Shown here in pieces: positions 33,877 to 47,472 of a DNA stretch of 64,000 nt. The position numbers and the translations under genes are program-made. The notes under the pieces are model-generated. The model ran no database searches. It was given only the letters and a program-made list of their open reading frames with translations, and was not told the DNA's origin. Origin of the DNA: the human T2T-CHM13v2.0 reference genome, Homo sapiens; NCBI RefSeq assembly GCF_009914755.1, contig NC_060937.1. One strand, written 5' to 3'. Within the stretch, counting starts at the first letter, position 1. Each line of letters opens with the position of its first letter.

Positions 33877-35694
33877 AGAATGGAGTGCCATCCTTCCCCT
33901 TCCTGGGCTGTAAGCTTGTTTGTTAGTTAAGACTTCATGGTAGAAACTGGTGTATTCATCTTTAAAATATTTTGCACATTGGTGGTGCTTAAACGGCTTA
34001 CTGAATTGGACTCTCCAAGAAGGGTATTTCTTAATAGAAAACTGTCTTGCTTTATTTGTTTTCGTTTACACTTAACTAGTTGACATAACCCTCAGGACAA
34101 GGACTGTGGGCATTTCTTTCCTTGCTGGTCTTACAAGCTACTGATATATGGCATTTATGACTTTGGCAGAGATGGTGGGTTAAATCAAGGGGCCAGGATT
34201 CCTTCATCACCTAAGGACTTGTGGTTTATAAATACAGAAGAGGAAAAGGAGACAAATGAAATTACAGAAATGGCCTCAGCTTGATTGAGTTATAACCTTC
34301 ACTGTCTGATTTTTATAACTCTAGGCAAGTACTCTACCTTTTTTATTTCACTTCAATGTAATTTATATTTTGCTAAGTTGTTAGGTGGCCCAGTTAACCT
34401 TAACAAGATACTTAATGTTAACTAGTTTTCTGAATATTTTCAATGGTGCCTCTATTAGAGAGTATTGTATGTAGGTGAACAATGTATTTCCCAAGCACAA
34501 ATTACAGTATTTCCTCAAATTATATGTTCTAAAGGCAATTGAGGTATGTATGTAATTATGTGTTAATCAAGTTAGTGATTTGCTATTAATTGGGTAAGTA
34601 CAAGTTGTGTGAGTTACACTTGCACAGGGGTGGTCTTGTCTCTGAGCTGCTTTCAGAAAAATAGTTCAACCAAGTAAATTGATTAGTACAATTTTCCTAT
34701 GACCAATCCTCTTAAGTTTTTCATTTCTATTTCAACTCCTGTAAGTTTAACAAGATTATCATTTTAAAAGAAATTCCTTCCATCTGCAGATGTGTGTTGC
34801 TTCTGATATATTTGAATCAGCTGAAATCTAAAAGTTTTTTACATAGGAATTATCTCTAAAGATATAAAATGGTCTTATTTTTCCTTAATGGTGTTAGGAA
34901 AACCTAATAGCAACAATGGATTGTGCATGATCAATTTTATGTAGTCACATTTTGGGGGATCTTTAAGCAAGAATAGGCAACAAGAAAATGTGCATTTAGT
35001 GTTGGAAGGGATGAGAGATTAGTTGTGGATCTGAGGATTATTCTTGCCTCAACAAGTGGAGAATTGGAGATACTCTTCATGAGGAGTGACACTCAAGTTT
35101 GAGCCCCGTAATCAAGAGACAGGAGAAATGTTAATAAGAGAAAACCTTTTATTTTGTCAGATCCCTTTTTGAGGAAGAACAAATGCAGTTTTTGAAAGCA
35201 TTAAGCATTTAGAAAAGGGTGCAGAAATGTAGTAGGACAAAATGTGCCTTAAAACATACAGCCTCTTTATGTCCAAAGCTTCCACACAACGTGAAGTAAT
35301 TGTCTGAAATTACAAGTGCTACTATAGTGATTGAACTCTAGCTGCTAATTGAGCCTTCAGGTTTAAAAATACACAGGCCTCAGCAATTCAAAGATTATTA
35401 AATTACACCTTCTTGTGGGAACCAACATCAATGTGTTTGAGCAGTGAGTAGTGAAGGTCTTTGGGGAGGCAGGGGCAGAGGGTGTCTCATTACAGCGTTT
35501 GCCACTGCAGATCTCTTGAGGGTTGTTGCTTTTTCTCAAGACGAAAGATTTTGTTAACACTTCATTCCACAGAATGTTGAAAAAAGTGGAGCTCTCTTGC
35601 ATCACATGACTGTTACTGCAAGTTTTGTGTTGATCTCTGAATAACTAGAAATTTCAAAAATTTACTTATGAACCAAAAGGCATAATTGGTGTAT

Positions 35695-35845
35695 AACTCA
35701 ATTATTTTTATTTAATCCTCACAACAGCCTATGATGTGAATGGCTGTGTTCCCATTTTACGGATGAATATGTTAGGCTCAGAAGTGACCTGTCAAAGGTC
35801 ACACAACTAAGTAGAATTGCTGAGACTGCATCTACTGGCTCTGAA
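35695..35845 (-). mobile_element. MIR
   Basis: TTTAATCCTCACAACAGCCTATGA...CCCATTTTACGGATGA...AGGCTCAGA...AAGGTCACACAACTAAGTAG. Confidence 0.85.
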
Positions 35846-36089
35846 GTTTGTTTGTTTGTTTTTTTAAACTATGTCTTAGCCATCTGATGTTTCAAAGGTT
35901 ATACAGTCAAAATTGAATCAATGTGATTGTAATGTGCCTTTCCAAAAAAGAAGATGAATACTGGATACTCACTGAACACAAGTGGTTTATTCTTTCGTTC
36001 AGCAAATTTATTGTGCAACTTTTGGGTGCTAACCACAATTTTAGGCAGCTGGGAATACACGATTAGAAAGGATCTAGAAGATTCCTTCC

Positions 36090-36460
36090 TGTCTTGGTCA
36101 ATTTTCTGTTGCTATAACAAAATGCCACAGATTGGGGTAACTTACAAAGAAAAGTTTATTTAGCTAATGGTTCTGGAGGCTGGGAAGTCCAAGAGCATGG
36201 TGCTGACATCTAATGAGGGCCTTCTTGCTGCATCATAACACAGGAGAGGGCACCATATTGCAAGAGCACAAGAGCATGTGTGTCAGCTCAGGTTTCTGTA
36301 CATCTTCTTTTAAAGTCACCAGTACCATTGTAGGGGTCCCACCCTGATGGCCTTGTCTAATCCTAATTACCTCCTGAAGCCTCCATGTCCAATCAGCATA
36401 TGAATTTGGGGGTTAAGTTTTAAATGAATGAAATTTGGGGAACATATTTACATGATAGAA
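36090..36460 (-). mobile_element. MST/MLT1A-type MaLR LTR
   Basis: TGCTATAACAAAATGCCACAGATTGGG...GGTTCTGGAGGCTGGGAAGTCCAAGAGCATGGTGC. Confidence 0.82.
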
Positions 36461-36593
36461 GTTCCTTAAATAGAACTCAGAGCTCAACTGTGGGAAGGTA
36501 GACGAATGAATAAGATAGCATAAGTACATTGAAAGATAAGTAAGAGGATGATGTGTTAAGGAGTGGTTTGGGGAGTAAAGAAGTCACCCTTAG

Positions 36594-36975
36594 TGTATTA
36601 GTCTGTTTTCACACCGCGGATAAAGACATACCTGAGACTCGGTAATTTATAAAGAAAAAGAGGTTTAATGGACTCACAGTCCCATATGGCTGGGGAGGCT
36701 TCACAGTCAAGGCAGAGGGTGAAGGAAGAACAAAGGCGAACAAAGGCATGTCTTACATGGCAGCAGGCAAAGAGAGAATGAGAGCCAAGCAAAAGGGGTT
36801 TCCCCTTAGAAAACCAGCAGATCTCGTGTTACTTATTCACTACCACAAAAGCAGTATGGGGGAAACTGCCCCTATGGTTTAATTATCTCCCACCAGTCCC
36901 TCCCACAACACGTGGGAATTATGGGAGCCACAGTTCAAGATGAGAGCTCGGTGGGAATACAGCTGAACCATATCA
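36594..36975 (-). mobile_element. THE1 (C/D-like) solo LTR
   Basis: TGTATTAGTCTGTTTTCAC...AACCATATCA with perfect 5-bp TSD CTTAG. Confidence 0.93.
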
Positions 36976-37262
36976 CTTAGATAGGGTGGTAAACAGAGTC
37001 TTCAGTGAGGAGCTATTTCTGGCCTGAGACTCCAGGAGAATGAGATGGGACCAGGGGTGGATATGCCAGACAGAGGAAATAGCAAATGCAAATCCGCCAA
37101 GGTGGTACAGTGGCAGAATACATAGGAGGTGGTGTGGCAGAGCCTCAGGAGCAAAATGAGCCCAGTGAGGTCAAGAAGCAGACAAGGAAAGACCATGCCA
37201 TGCAGGGCCCTGTAGAACATGGAAGGAAGCAGGATTATTCTAGATGCAATGTGACCCCATTG
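36976..37262 (-). mobile_element. L2 fragment (also ~35985-36075)
   Basis: CAGACAGAGGAAATAGCAAATGCAAA, CATGCAGGGCCCTGTAG antisense L2 motifs. Confidence 0.65.
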
Positions 37263-37267
37263 ACAGG

Positions 37268-37632
37268 GCTGTGGATTGAATTATGTTCCCCCAAAATTTA
37301 TATGTTGAAGCGCTGACCCCCAGTGTGGCTGTATTTGGAGTAAGGAAGCAATTATGGTTAAATGAAATCATAAGGGTAGAGCCCTAATCTGATAAGATTA
37401 GTGTCCTTAGAAGAGAAACACCTGATCTCTCTCTCCACCATCTCAACGCCATGTGAGAACACGGTGAGAAGGTGGCTGTCTGTGAGCCAGGAGGAGAGCT
37501 TTTATCAGTAACATAATTGGCTGACACCTTGATCTTTGACTTCTAGCCTCCATAACTTTGAGAAATAAATGCCTGTTGTTTAAGCCACCCAGTCTGTGGC
37601 ATTTTGTTATGGCAGCCTGAGCAGACCGAGAT
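37268..37632 (+). mobile_element. MLT1A/A0 solo LTR
   Basis: CCCCCAAAATTTATATGTTGAAG...GAGAAATAAATGCCTGTTGTTTAAGCCACCCAGTCTGTGG. Confidence 0.88.
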
Positions 37633-38422
37633 GGAACTGAAAGTATTGTCATTAACTGAGATGGAGCTATCTGGAGGAAATGCATCATTTGGTGAGGCCA
37701 CTCTGGCTGGATATTAGTCCTCAGTGTTCTGAAACACATTCTTCCCTGTTGGATTCTGTCATAAATGTAGTTGATGATGCCAGCTCTCACCATCAAGGCT
37801 CATAAGTGCTATGAGCCAGATGCAAGGGTTTTACTTAACAATGAAAATTTTACCTGTCAGGTGAACTGAGTCTATGGCTTGGGCTGACATAAAGAAGCCA
37901 TGATCACATTGAGAAGCCATGTTATCCATATTGCATGGTGAACTGGGACTCCAGATAGAAGGGCACTTCATTCTCCCACTTTACTGTTTAATGGTGTCAG
38001 ATGTGTGGCTATGGTTCCACAAAGCCTGACTGGACACTCCTAGGCCACCCTCCCTCTTGCTGACTTAGAAACCCATGCTGTCTGCCTCTAACCATCTTTA
38101 TAGTCTTTCATTTTAGACCTTTTTCTGACCCACATTAATTCCTTCAGTCAAGTTACAGTTGAGGTCCATTGGGTCTGGGAGCCATTCATTCTCTTTAAGA
38201 TAACATCACACAGCTTTGCTTTACCCTTTATGTTAATTAATCCTGCTGTATGTCCTGATTGTGGAATGTCTCTCCAAGCCCACAGCCATTACTCTGAGCT
38301 TCTCTTTCTGTAGTCCACACCTGTAAATGCACTTACGTTTTCATACTTCCTTGCCTTTTATTCATTCTCATCGCTTTGCCTGAGTATTCTTTCCTCTCTT
38401 CCTAACTCAGGACAACACTGCC

Positions 38423-38812
38423 TGTATTAGTCTTCTAGGCTGCTATGACAAAATACCACAAACTGGGTGGTTTAAATAGCAGAAACTTGTCATCTCACAG
38501 TCTGGAGGCTAAAAGTCCAAAATCAAGGTTTCTGCAGGATCAGTCTCCTCTGATGGTTGAGGGGAGTCTGCTCCAGGCTTCTCCTCCAGCTTCTGAGTGC
38601 TCAGGCGTCACCTTCCCTCTGTATATGACTGTGTACACATTGTCACTTTATAGGACACCAGTCATGATAGATTAGGGCCCACCCTGAAGATCTCATCTTA
38701 ACTTGATTACCTGTGCAAAGACTCTGTCTTCAGGTAAGGTCACAGGCTGAGAGTACTGGGGGTTAGGACTCCAACATACGTTTTATTGTGGGACATTATT
38801 TAACCCATAACA
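38423..38812 (-). mobile_element. MLT1B/C solo LTR
   Basis: TGTATTAGTCTTCTAGGCTGCTATGACAAAATACCACAAACTGGGTGG...AACCCATAACA; TSD-like (C/T)TGCC. Confidence 0.88.
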
Positions 38813-41092
38813 TTGCCCCTTCTTTCCTCCATGAGGGGGAACATCACATCACCAGCATCCTAAGCCCTTGTTTGATAACTTGGTGATCATCACTCTTCCA
38901 GGGGAGCATAATTGGTCACCTATGAGACTAATAGGTCTGTTGGCCACTGTCCTTGTAACTCTTCTGTCATGTTTATTCTCTGACTTGCCTGTCACCCTTA
39001 CTAGACCATAGTCTCCTTGAGGACAGGATCAAACCAGCATTGTACCCTGCTCCTGGGCACATAGAAAGTGTTCGTAGACAGAACACATGGGCAGTCTCAA
39101 GTAAACATATTGGCTGTTGATTGTTGTAACCTCTTCAGTCTAAGAATAATTTGGCTCAATAAAAAAATTTTTAGAAGAAGCAATAGAATAGCAAATCATA
39201 TCATTGAAAAGCATAGAGGTTTAAAATATTTTTAAAATTAAGACTAGTTAACACACTATAATGAAGGCACAGTTACATTAAGTCTATTTTCTTGGTATGA
39301 AAGATGAAAAAATTAATGATTTTCCTTTTAATCAGCCGTTTAATCTTGTAGATAGTCTTCATAAATTTCTTCCAATCACCATTAGTAATACTCTTTCCTT
39401 TTTGAAATAATAGCTCGAAATATAAATATCTTTATTTTATTTGCTATTTAAAGAGCTGCCAAGTATTTGCGTTAGGTGAGATGGTGCATATGATCTGTAG
39501 CAGTTTGCTGTAGCTTTCGGGAGGCTATTTGAAGGAATAGCTTAAGCTATGAGGCAAGGCCCATCAGAATGTCATCTTTCATTCTTTCTCTTTGCTCTGT
39601 GGTCACCTGCCCCCTTCCACCCTCTGCCTTTTTACTGTGTTAGATCAGCGTCGCTTCTGTTTTCCAGCATAAAACCCCTGACCTCAAGTGAAGAAATACT
39701 GGTTTAACATATACGGTGTAAATTGTTCTGCTTTCTATAAACTTTTATACTAATATTTTTATTATTTTGATATTTGAGAGGGAAAGAGTAATATAATATT
39801 GCAGTTCATATGGCAGCCACAGTTTAATTTTATGGCAAAGTCAACGACTTTAGAGTTGCTGAAGTATTTATAGTACTGAAAGCTTTGTGTTGGCAATTTC
39901 TTTCAAAGGAAGCAATTCTTATTATTATATCATGGACATGCACACCACTCTCATGCTGTTTAAGACACCTTTTTGTCCCCCCCCACCACCACCAAACAGG
40001 GAACTGGGAGGGAAAACCAGGCCTCAAATTTTGTGTGCTTGCTTCTCATGTTTTATTTCTAAGTGAATTAGACCATATGGTCACATAAACCCAAAGCTAG
40101 GTGGTACAGGGATTTAAGTTTGTGGCCTTGAAGTGATTCTAGTTTTGCTTTCAATTAGTGGAAAATAATGCATTCATAGAACAATTTATAACTCACACAG
40201 ACCCATTCGTGAAAAGCCCACTCCAGATATTGTTGCGTGTGTCCAGGAGAAGTGGCAGCGTTGATCTCCATAGAGATGACTAATCAGTTGAGACTGAGCC
40301 CTTTCCCTTTTCCATGCGACAGCATTTATTTGTTGTGACACTAATTTCACCATGTCAGTTTTCCCTGCCAGTGTGCCCCAGCCCTAATCCTCATTTCACA
40401 TGCATCACTGTTCTCCCCTCATTGAAACTTGGCTTGAGGCTAACAATATTAAGTGGCGGAACTGTGGTTTGCTAAACACAACTAGCTGATGCTCATGTAC
40501 TCCTATGAATAGAAAGATCTTCCGAATATTTCCTTGAGGGAATGGGCTCTACAGGAAATCTTGAGACAGCCCTTATGTTGATACATGTAAAATATGCTTC
40601 TTAATAATACATGTTGGTGATAATCAGATAAATGGAGTGTTGACTGCGAACCTGAGCAATGTGCCTGGCTAATGAATAGGATGTTTATTTTCTGTTACTA
40701 CTCTGGACATACCAAAGGCAACTGCATCATCTATTAAAAAAAAAATCCTTAGGGTCCGCTTTCTCATCCTTCATTTTAATTTACAAGAACAGTAACTACT
40801 TCTGGGACTGACTGGAGTATTTTCTGGGGATTAAGTCTGGTTCAAAGGCCTTTGGCTGTGCTGGAGGCCATAGGTTTCAGTGTGAAATAACTGCCTGGGT
40901 GTCTGTATTGTCATAGCTTAATTACAGTATTTGCATCTTGAGTTGTTGACTGTGGGTTTTCTAAGACTTTGAGAGTGCTAAGTGTGATTTGCTTTTCAGT
41001 TTCTGACCCAGCAAGCAAATCCCAGGCAATGTTAAGTAAGAAAAAACATACCTGTGGTTTTTGCAGGGAGAAAAACTCATCTTCAAAATTGA

Positions 41093-41272
41093 CAGCATCA
41101 CTGTCCAACAGGACTTTCTGCAGTGATGGTGAGGCTCATCTGTGCTCTGTTCAGCACCTCCGCTCACGTGTGGCTAGTGCAACCGAGGAATTGAATTTTA
41201 AATTTTATTTCATTTTAATTTATATGTAATTAGGCACATGCAGCCAGTAGCTACCATATTGGATGGTGTAGA
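41093..41272. mobile_element. MER3
   Basis: CTGTCCAACAGGACTTTCTGCAGTGATGG...GAGGAATTGAATTTTAAATTTTATTT...GCTACCATATTGGA. Confidence 0.82.
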
Positions 41273-41691
41273 TGGAGAATATCTTTGAAGACCAAATACA
41301 GTTCTTCCTGATGATTTATAGTAAATTTAATGTACTTAGGTCTACTCCAGGTATTTTTGGTCTTAAGTTGATTTGAGGATTTTTTGAAGTCATGTAAACT
41401 TTATGAAACATCATTTTGTCAAGTGCTGGATAATGATTATATTTACTCTAAAAGAAGATGCTTGCTGCTTATGTGTGAAGAGAGTAATTTGGTGACCTCC
41501 TACTTCATTCACAAGCTGGAGGGGACAAATACTATACCTATACTAGGCACTGTACTTTCTCAGTGGGTTGCTCATATACCTTTAGTGACCCATGGAATAT
41601 CATTACAATGTTTTGCAGGGGTATTTTCAAAATGCCACCACCACCAACATATAGGCATGATGTCCTCCACTTCTTGCAGCTTTACATAGAC

Positions 41692-42458
41692 TGAGATACA
41701 GGAAAAGCTAAAGTGTTTTGCGTACTCTCACTCAGTACAATACTTCTAACACCAGAAATGTGGGGAGTTTTCCCAACATAGCAAACCAAGCAGTTTTCTA
41801 GCAGCAAACACCAACTGGGTGTCCTACAATTTAACTCAGTTGGAGTTGGACCCCACAGATTAAGGGCTTAGCCCCACAAGGCTCTCCCCGACCTTAGAAT
41901 CCAATCGCAAGCCCCACCCCCTGACACCCCCTCATGGTTCGATTAATTTACTAGAGTAGCTCACAAAACTCAGGGAAACACTTTACTTACATTTTCATAT
42001 TTATCATAAAGGATGTTATGGATGAACAGCCAGATAGAGAGATGCATAGGTCAAGTATGGGAAGAGGCTCAGAGCCTCCCTGCCCTCCTCAGGAACCTGC
42101 ATGTGTTCAGCAACCTGAAAGCTCCTGAACCCTGATTTTTGGGGCTTTTATGGAGGCTTCACCACGTAGGCATGACTGATTAACTCACTGGCCATTGGTG
42201 ATTCACTCAGCCTTCAGCCCCTCCCCTCCCTGGAGGTTGAGGGGTGGGGCTGGAAGTCCCAACTCTCTAATCCTGCCTCGGTCTTTCCTGTTTCACCCTG
42301 AAGCTACCTAGGGAAACCAAGGGGGTAGGGTGACCTAGGGGTCACTGGTAGCCATCTCATTAACATGCGAAAGACATCACTCTTGAGATTCCAAAGGTGT
42401 TTGGGGCTCTGTGCCAGGTAACAGGGATGAAGAGCAAATACATATTTCACAATATCAC
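41692..42458. mobile_element. MER21-type solo LTR
   Basis: CACCAACTGGGTGTCCTACAATTTAA, GCTCACAAAACTCAGGGAAACACTTTAC, TTTATGGAGGCTTCA, terminal CACAATATCACA. Confidence 0.82.
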
Positions 42459-43593
42459 ACACATTACAGACCCCCCTGACTTTTGCTCTAATGTTTCTAT
42501 CCTTTGCCTCATGCTACCTTTCACCTGATTGGCTTCCGCTGGCCTTGCGTTAAATCCCTGCAGGTGTAGCTCACTGGGTAGGATGGGCCTTAGGTAAAGA
42601 CAGAATCCTGAGCTGCTCTGTGGGCCAGTCCCCTGGGAGTACCTTTAATTTGGTAGAGATTCAGAGGAAGATTGACAGTCTGCGTCTTCTGTGATGAGGG
42701 TGCCTTTTACTCCTCCAGCTTAGCCGGGAAGCTGCCCTCTTCCGTGGGAGAAGTTGTGCTCTGCTCACCCCTCTGAGCTTTTCCTCACTTTCCCAGCGAG
42801 GAGACTCTAGAAGTTACTCTCAGAGTCACAGTCTGTTTGCCACCAATAGTTTGGCTATGCTTTTATGCCTAAGTGACAAACTGTAAGTTTTTACTTTTAA
42901 GTAAAACTCCTGAGTCACGGAAGCATGTTTAGTATCTAAGAATGTTTGATTCTCAAAGTATTGAAAAAGAAGATTCTGCTCACTTGTTCAGCCTCTACTT
43001 GATCCCTGTTAGCACAGAAAGATGCAGTCAGATTTCTCTTGAGCTTGGTGATATCCTTTATAATAACCTTTAGAGATCCGTTCTATTAATGAGGCATGAT
43101 ATTGTTACTCCAATTGTGCACACAAGCTGGGGGACCTCCCTTTCAGAATGGCATGTAAAGAAATTCCTTCCCTCCTGGAGGCTTCATTATATACCCTACA
43201 TGCAGTGCTCGGCAGTCTGCTTTTAAGGTGAGTCATTGTATAGTATGATTTCTCAGACTTCAAGGGCAGATAATACACATCACGAGCCTCAGAACAGCTT
43301 ACTTTTCAGCCTTACCTTCCTTTACAGAGAGAGAGATAAAGAGAGCAAGAGAGTGCATGGGAATACGAGCGAGATCACCTCTTTGTCTTTTTAGAAATAC
43401 TGTACGTGGGCATTAAAATTAATTTAGAGTTTCTTATTATGTCCTTTCAATAATAGCAACAAAATAATTATAATGACAACAATGAAGTAGCCACCTTGTG
43501 TCATTTTGTCTTTGGCTAAGTCTTGAATTCCTGTAATTTAGGTGTGAGATAAGTTGGATGTAAATAACATTATTTAAATCAAGATTATAGGGA

Positions 43594-44010
<417 letters not shown>

Positions 44011-46439
44011 TCATCAGGAAATGTATGAATTTAAAGCGGATAAACTCAGTCAAGCTTGACACAGACACTAGCAGTCTCTACTTCCGGTTAACAGCTGTTT
44101 CAGGAGACAGCATCTCAAAATGAGTTGTCAGAAAATCTGCCTGATTTTCTCGAGGGACCGAAGCTACAATTGGGAATTGAGCTCCTGATGGAGTAGGCAT
44201 CAAATAAATTGGACCCATGAATATCAATAATTTCTTAAAAGTAAATACTCAGTAATTCTAAATACTAGCCTTTAAAATGGTGACATTATGCTGTAACTGC
44301 AGTAAGTCCTGTTAGGGCGCTGTTATTAGTCCCATAAAGTGCTCATTCAGAAATAAAATTCTAACATGTCAAAAATCGAACCCAAAACTAAGCTATAAAA
44401 AATTTTTAAGTTTAATGAGTAACAGTTTGTCTTAAGCCTTTTAAATTATGACTTACATGATCTCTTAAGGCCCCCTTGGAAGTTTGAACTGATGAAGTTT
44501 TCTTTTAAATGGATCTTCACCAAAGAGTGGAATTGAAAATAAGTCCATGTATCTTAGTTTGTCTCTGCCATTGTCTCATGCAGTTGTGTTTTGTTTATTT
44601 TAGTTTTTGAAATTAAAAATGACTGAAAGACCTGTACCAAGCATTTCTTTCACTTGCCTTCTCTAAATCTGTTCAAGTTTATTCAGAATTATAATTTTAA
44701 CTCTTTGATATCTGATCAAGCAGAGGCCTCCCACATTAGGGAGTTAACGACTGTGAAGGCTTAAACTTATGGACACTTACCATAGTGTTTAGCAATTGTT
44801 TAGAAACCGTAAGAACAATTACTAGATCATTAGCAAGCACTTTTTTTTGGATGGGGGAGAAGCTGCAAAATATCTCCTGAAATTGCTCTTAGGGATGTTC
44901 CCTCTAATTTTAAAAAGTAAAGGGGAAAAATGAATTTGCATTCACTGGTGTGTGCTGTTTCAGTGTCAGCACCATGAGTTAGGATTGTATTGTGTGTCAG
45001 AACTTTGCTCTGTGCTGGGGATGTAAGACCAAAGTCACCATGCTCATGGCTTCAGTCTCATGAAGCATGACCCGTGTAACATTTTAAAAGAGACAATTCA
45101 TAAACACACTTAGAGAGCATTGTAGAAATAAAGGAGAATGTGAGAAGGAGTGTGCTAAGATTGGGGAAGGTTAAACTTGAACAGTGACTTGGGGAGAAAG
45201 CACTTAGGGAAAATGAGGTATGTGAAGCCATTCCTTAACAGAAATCGCCATAGTTTGGGGAGTGTTCTACTAAATATTTGTACTGCAGGCTGTGTAAATG
45301 AATGTCCCATGTGAAGAGGTAATTGTGGCTGAGATCGAGGATGTGACGTCTCGAGACTCCCCTTTTGGAGATTCTCAAATCACAGAACCATATTAACATC
45401 TCTGAGACATCCTCCTGCCAGGAAACCTGTTTAAATCCGTTTATTGCAGGATTTTCCAAACTCAATTGAGCATGGAGTCCTTGTAATACTCCATGGAATG
45501 ATTTCTGTTAAATGGTTTCAGGGAATGCTGTCTGTTGGAGGCATCAGACAGACTGGAAAGCCTGGCTGAGGTCAGGCATAGGAGGCCCTATAGGCCATGC
45601 TCAAGTTTTGAAGATTTCCTCTGTGCAAAAATTTTAGTGTCCTCACATCCCCTATCAGAAATGGAACTGCTATAATTATACTGAGCCTCTCTGCTTTGGA
45701 AAGACATAAAAGGAAAAGCTGGACCTTTGTCCTCAAGGGGCTCAGAGATTAATGAGAAGACAGAAATACAAACTATTGTGATACATAACAAAATTATTTT
45801 AAATGGAGCTTTTGCAAAATGCTTTCTACAAAGACAGCGCACCCCCTCCTGTTCTGCGGGGATTCACTAAAGCTTCAAGTCCAGATTTGCATGCCTGGAG
45901 GATGGACGAGGAAAGATGGATGAGTATGGGGGGAAGAGGTGGGGGACGTAGTGGTGCCAGGATCAAGGACTGATGGAAGTCCACAGTGAAGGCCGTGGGA
46001 GTTGGTGAGAAAGAGGTAGAAGGTGAAACTGGCAGGATCTGGGGAGTGGATTTTGAGGACAGGAAGGAATATCTCAGAATTATGAAAGCTTTTGTCTCAA
46101 ACAACTTAGTGTCAAATACATTCCCTGTAGCAGGGCCTTTTTTTCTAACCCCCTGCTGTGTTTCTGTCTAGACTCTTGCTCAGCACAGTAGACATTAAGA
46201 AATATGAGTTGACAGATTGTTATATTTTATAATGTACAAAATCCTATGCTACTAAGTTTTAACAACTACTTTTAGTTAAGTGTTTTATATGCATGGGGTA
46301 TCCTCGGGATAGAATCCTAATCCTGTGATGAAGATTGTCATTGATTCCATCAAATCACATATAGGTTTGTAAATTCTTGCTTTAGGAATTGCTGTCTTTA
46401 ATCTGCCCTACGTTCTTAGTATTCCCGGAAATATCATCT

Positions 46440-46710
46440 TATTATTATTATTTTCTAAATCTAATATCAATGGACACAAAACAGATATGACAATCCATGA
46501 AGCATAAACAAACATGAACCTGACATCCAACTAGGAGATTCCTTTTGGTTCCACCTGCTCTTCCCCTACCACAATCTCGCCTTCACTCCTGTTCTGAATT
46601 TTGTGTTTATTATTCCCTAGTTTTTAGAAGCAGTTTCTCCCCATATGTGCATGTTTTTCTAAACAACTTTTGGTTTAGTTTTGCTTGTTTTTGAACTTGA
46701 AGAATATTGT
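46440..46710 (-). mobile_element. Old L1ME-like 3' end (continues 53132-53345 and 60290-62450)
   Basis: TTCTGAATTTTGTGTTTATTATTCCC, TTTAGTTTTGCTTGTTTTTGAACTT antisense L1ME motifs. Confidence 0.65.
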
Positions 46711-47019
46711 GGCTGGGTGTGGTACCTCATGCCTGTGATCCCAATACTTTGGGAGACCAAGGCAGGATGATTGCTGGAGCCCAGGAGTTTGAGACCAGCC
46801 TGGGCAACATAGTGAGTCATCATCTCTATGAAAAATAAATGTAGCCAGACACAGTGGTGCATACCTGTAGTCTCAGCTACTCAAGAGGTTGAGGCTGGAG
46901 GATTGCTTAAGATTGGGAGGTTGACACTGCAATGAGTTGAGATTGCACCACTATTGCACTCTGGCCTGGGTGACAGAGCAAGACCCTGTCTCAAAAAAAA
47001 AAAAAAAAAAAAAAAAAAA
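46711..47019 (+). mobile_element. Alu (AluJ-like) directly upstream of L1PA
   Basis: Full dimer with a long pure A tail; left TSD AAGAATATTGTG recurs only after the L1. Confidence 0.95.
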
Positions 47020-47209
47020 GATTAAAAACAAATGGCTGCACTTGAAAGCACAGATTGAGTCTATAGCTTCCAGCATGAGCGATGCAGAAGATGGGTGATA
47101 TCTGCATTTCCAACTGAGGTACTGGGTTCATCTCACTGGGGCTAGTTGGACAGTAGGTGCAGGACAGTGGGTGCAGCCCAACGAGCATGAGCTGAAGCAG
47201 GGCGAGGCA

Positions 47210-47472
47210 TCACCTCACCCAGGAAGCACAAGGGGTCAGGGAATTCCCTTTCCTAGCCAAGGGAAGCTGTAACAGATGGCACCTGGAAAATTGGGTCACT
47301 CCCATTCTAATACTGCACTTTTCCAATGGTCTTAGCAAATGGCACACAAGGAGATTATATCCCATGCCTGGCTCAGAGGGTCCCACGCCCACAGAGCCTC
47401 ACTCATTGCTAGCACAGCAGTCTGAGATCGAATTGCAAGATGGCAGCAAGCTTGGGGTGGGGCGCCTGCCAT
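47210..47472 (-). pseudogene. Disrupted L1 ORF0 (antisense 5'UTR ORF)
   Basis: ATG GCA GGC GCC at 47472; track ORFs give ISDCCASNE* and GVGPSEPGMGYNLLV..FSRC, matching ORF0 with a frameshift and an in-frame stop. Confidence 0.75.

Noticed and set aside
38720-38740. Recursive-splice-like CAG|GTAAGG (also ~25678)
   Set aside because: Both lie inside TEs with short polypyrimidine tracts; likely chance.
44297-44325. CTCF-like motif TGCAGTAAGTCCTGTTAGGGCGCTG
   Set aside because: Only the 3' half of the core matches and the upstream-motif spacing is off.
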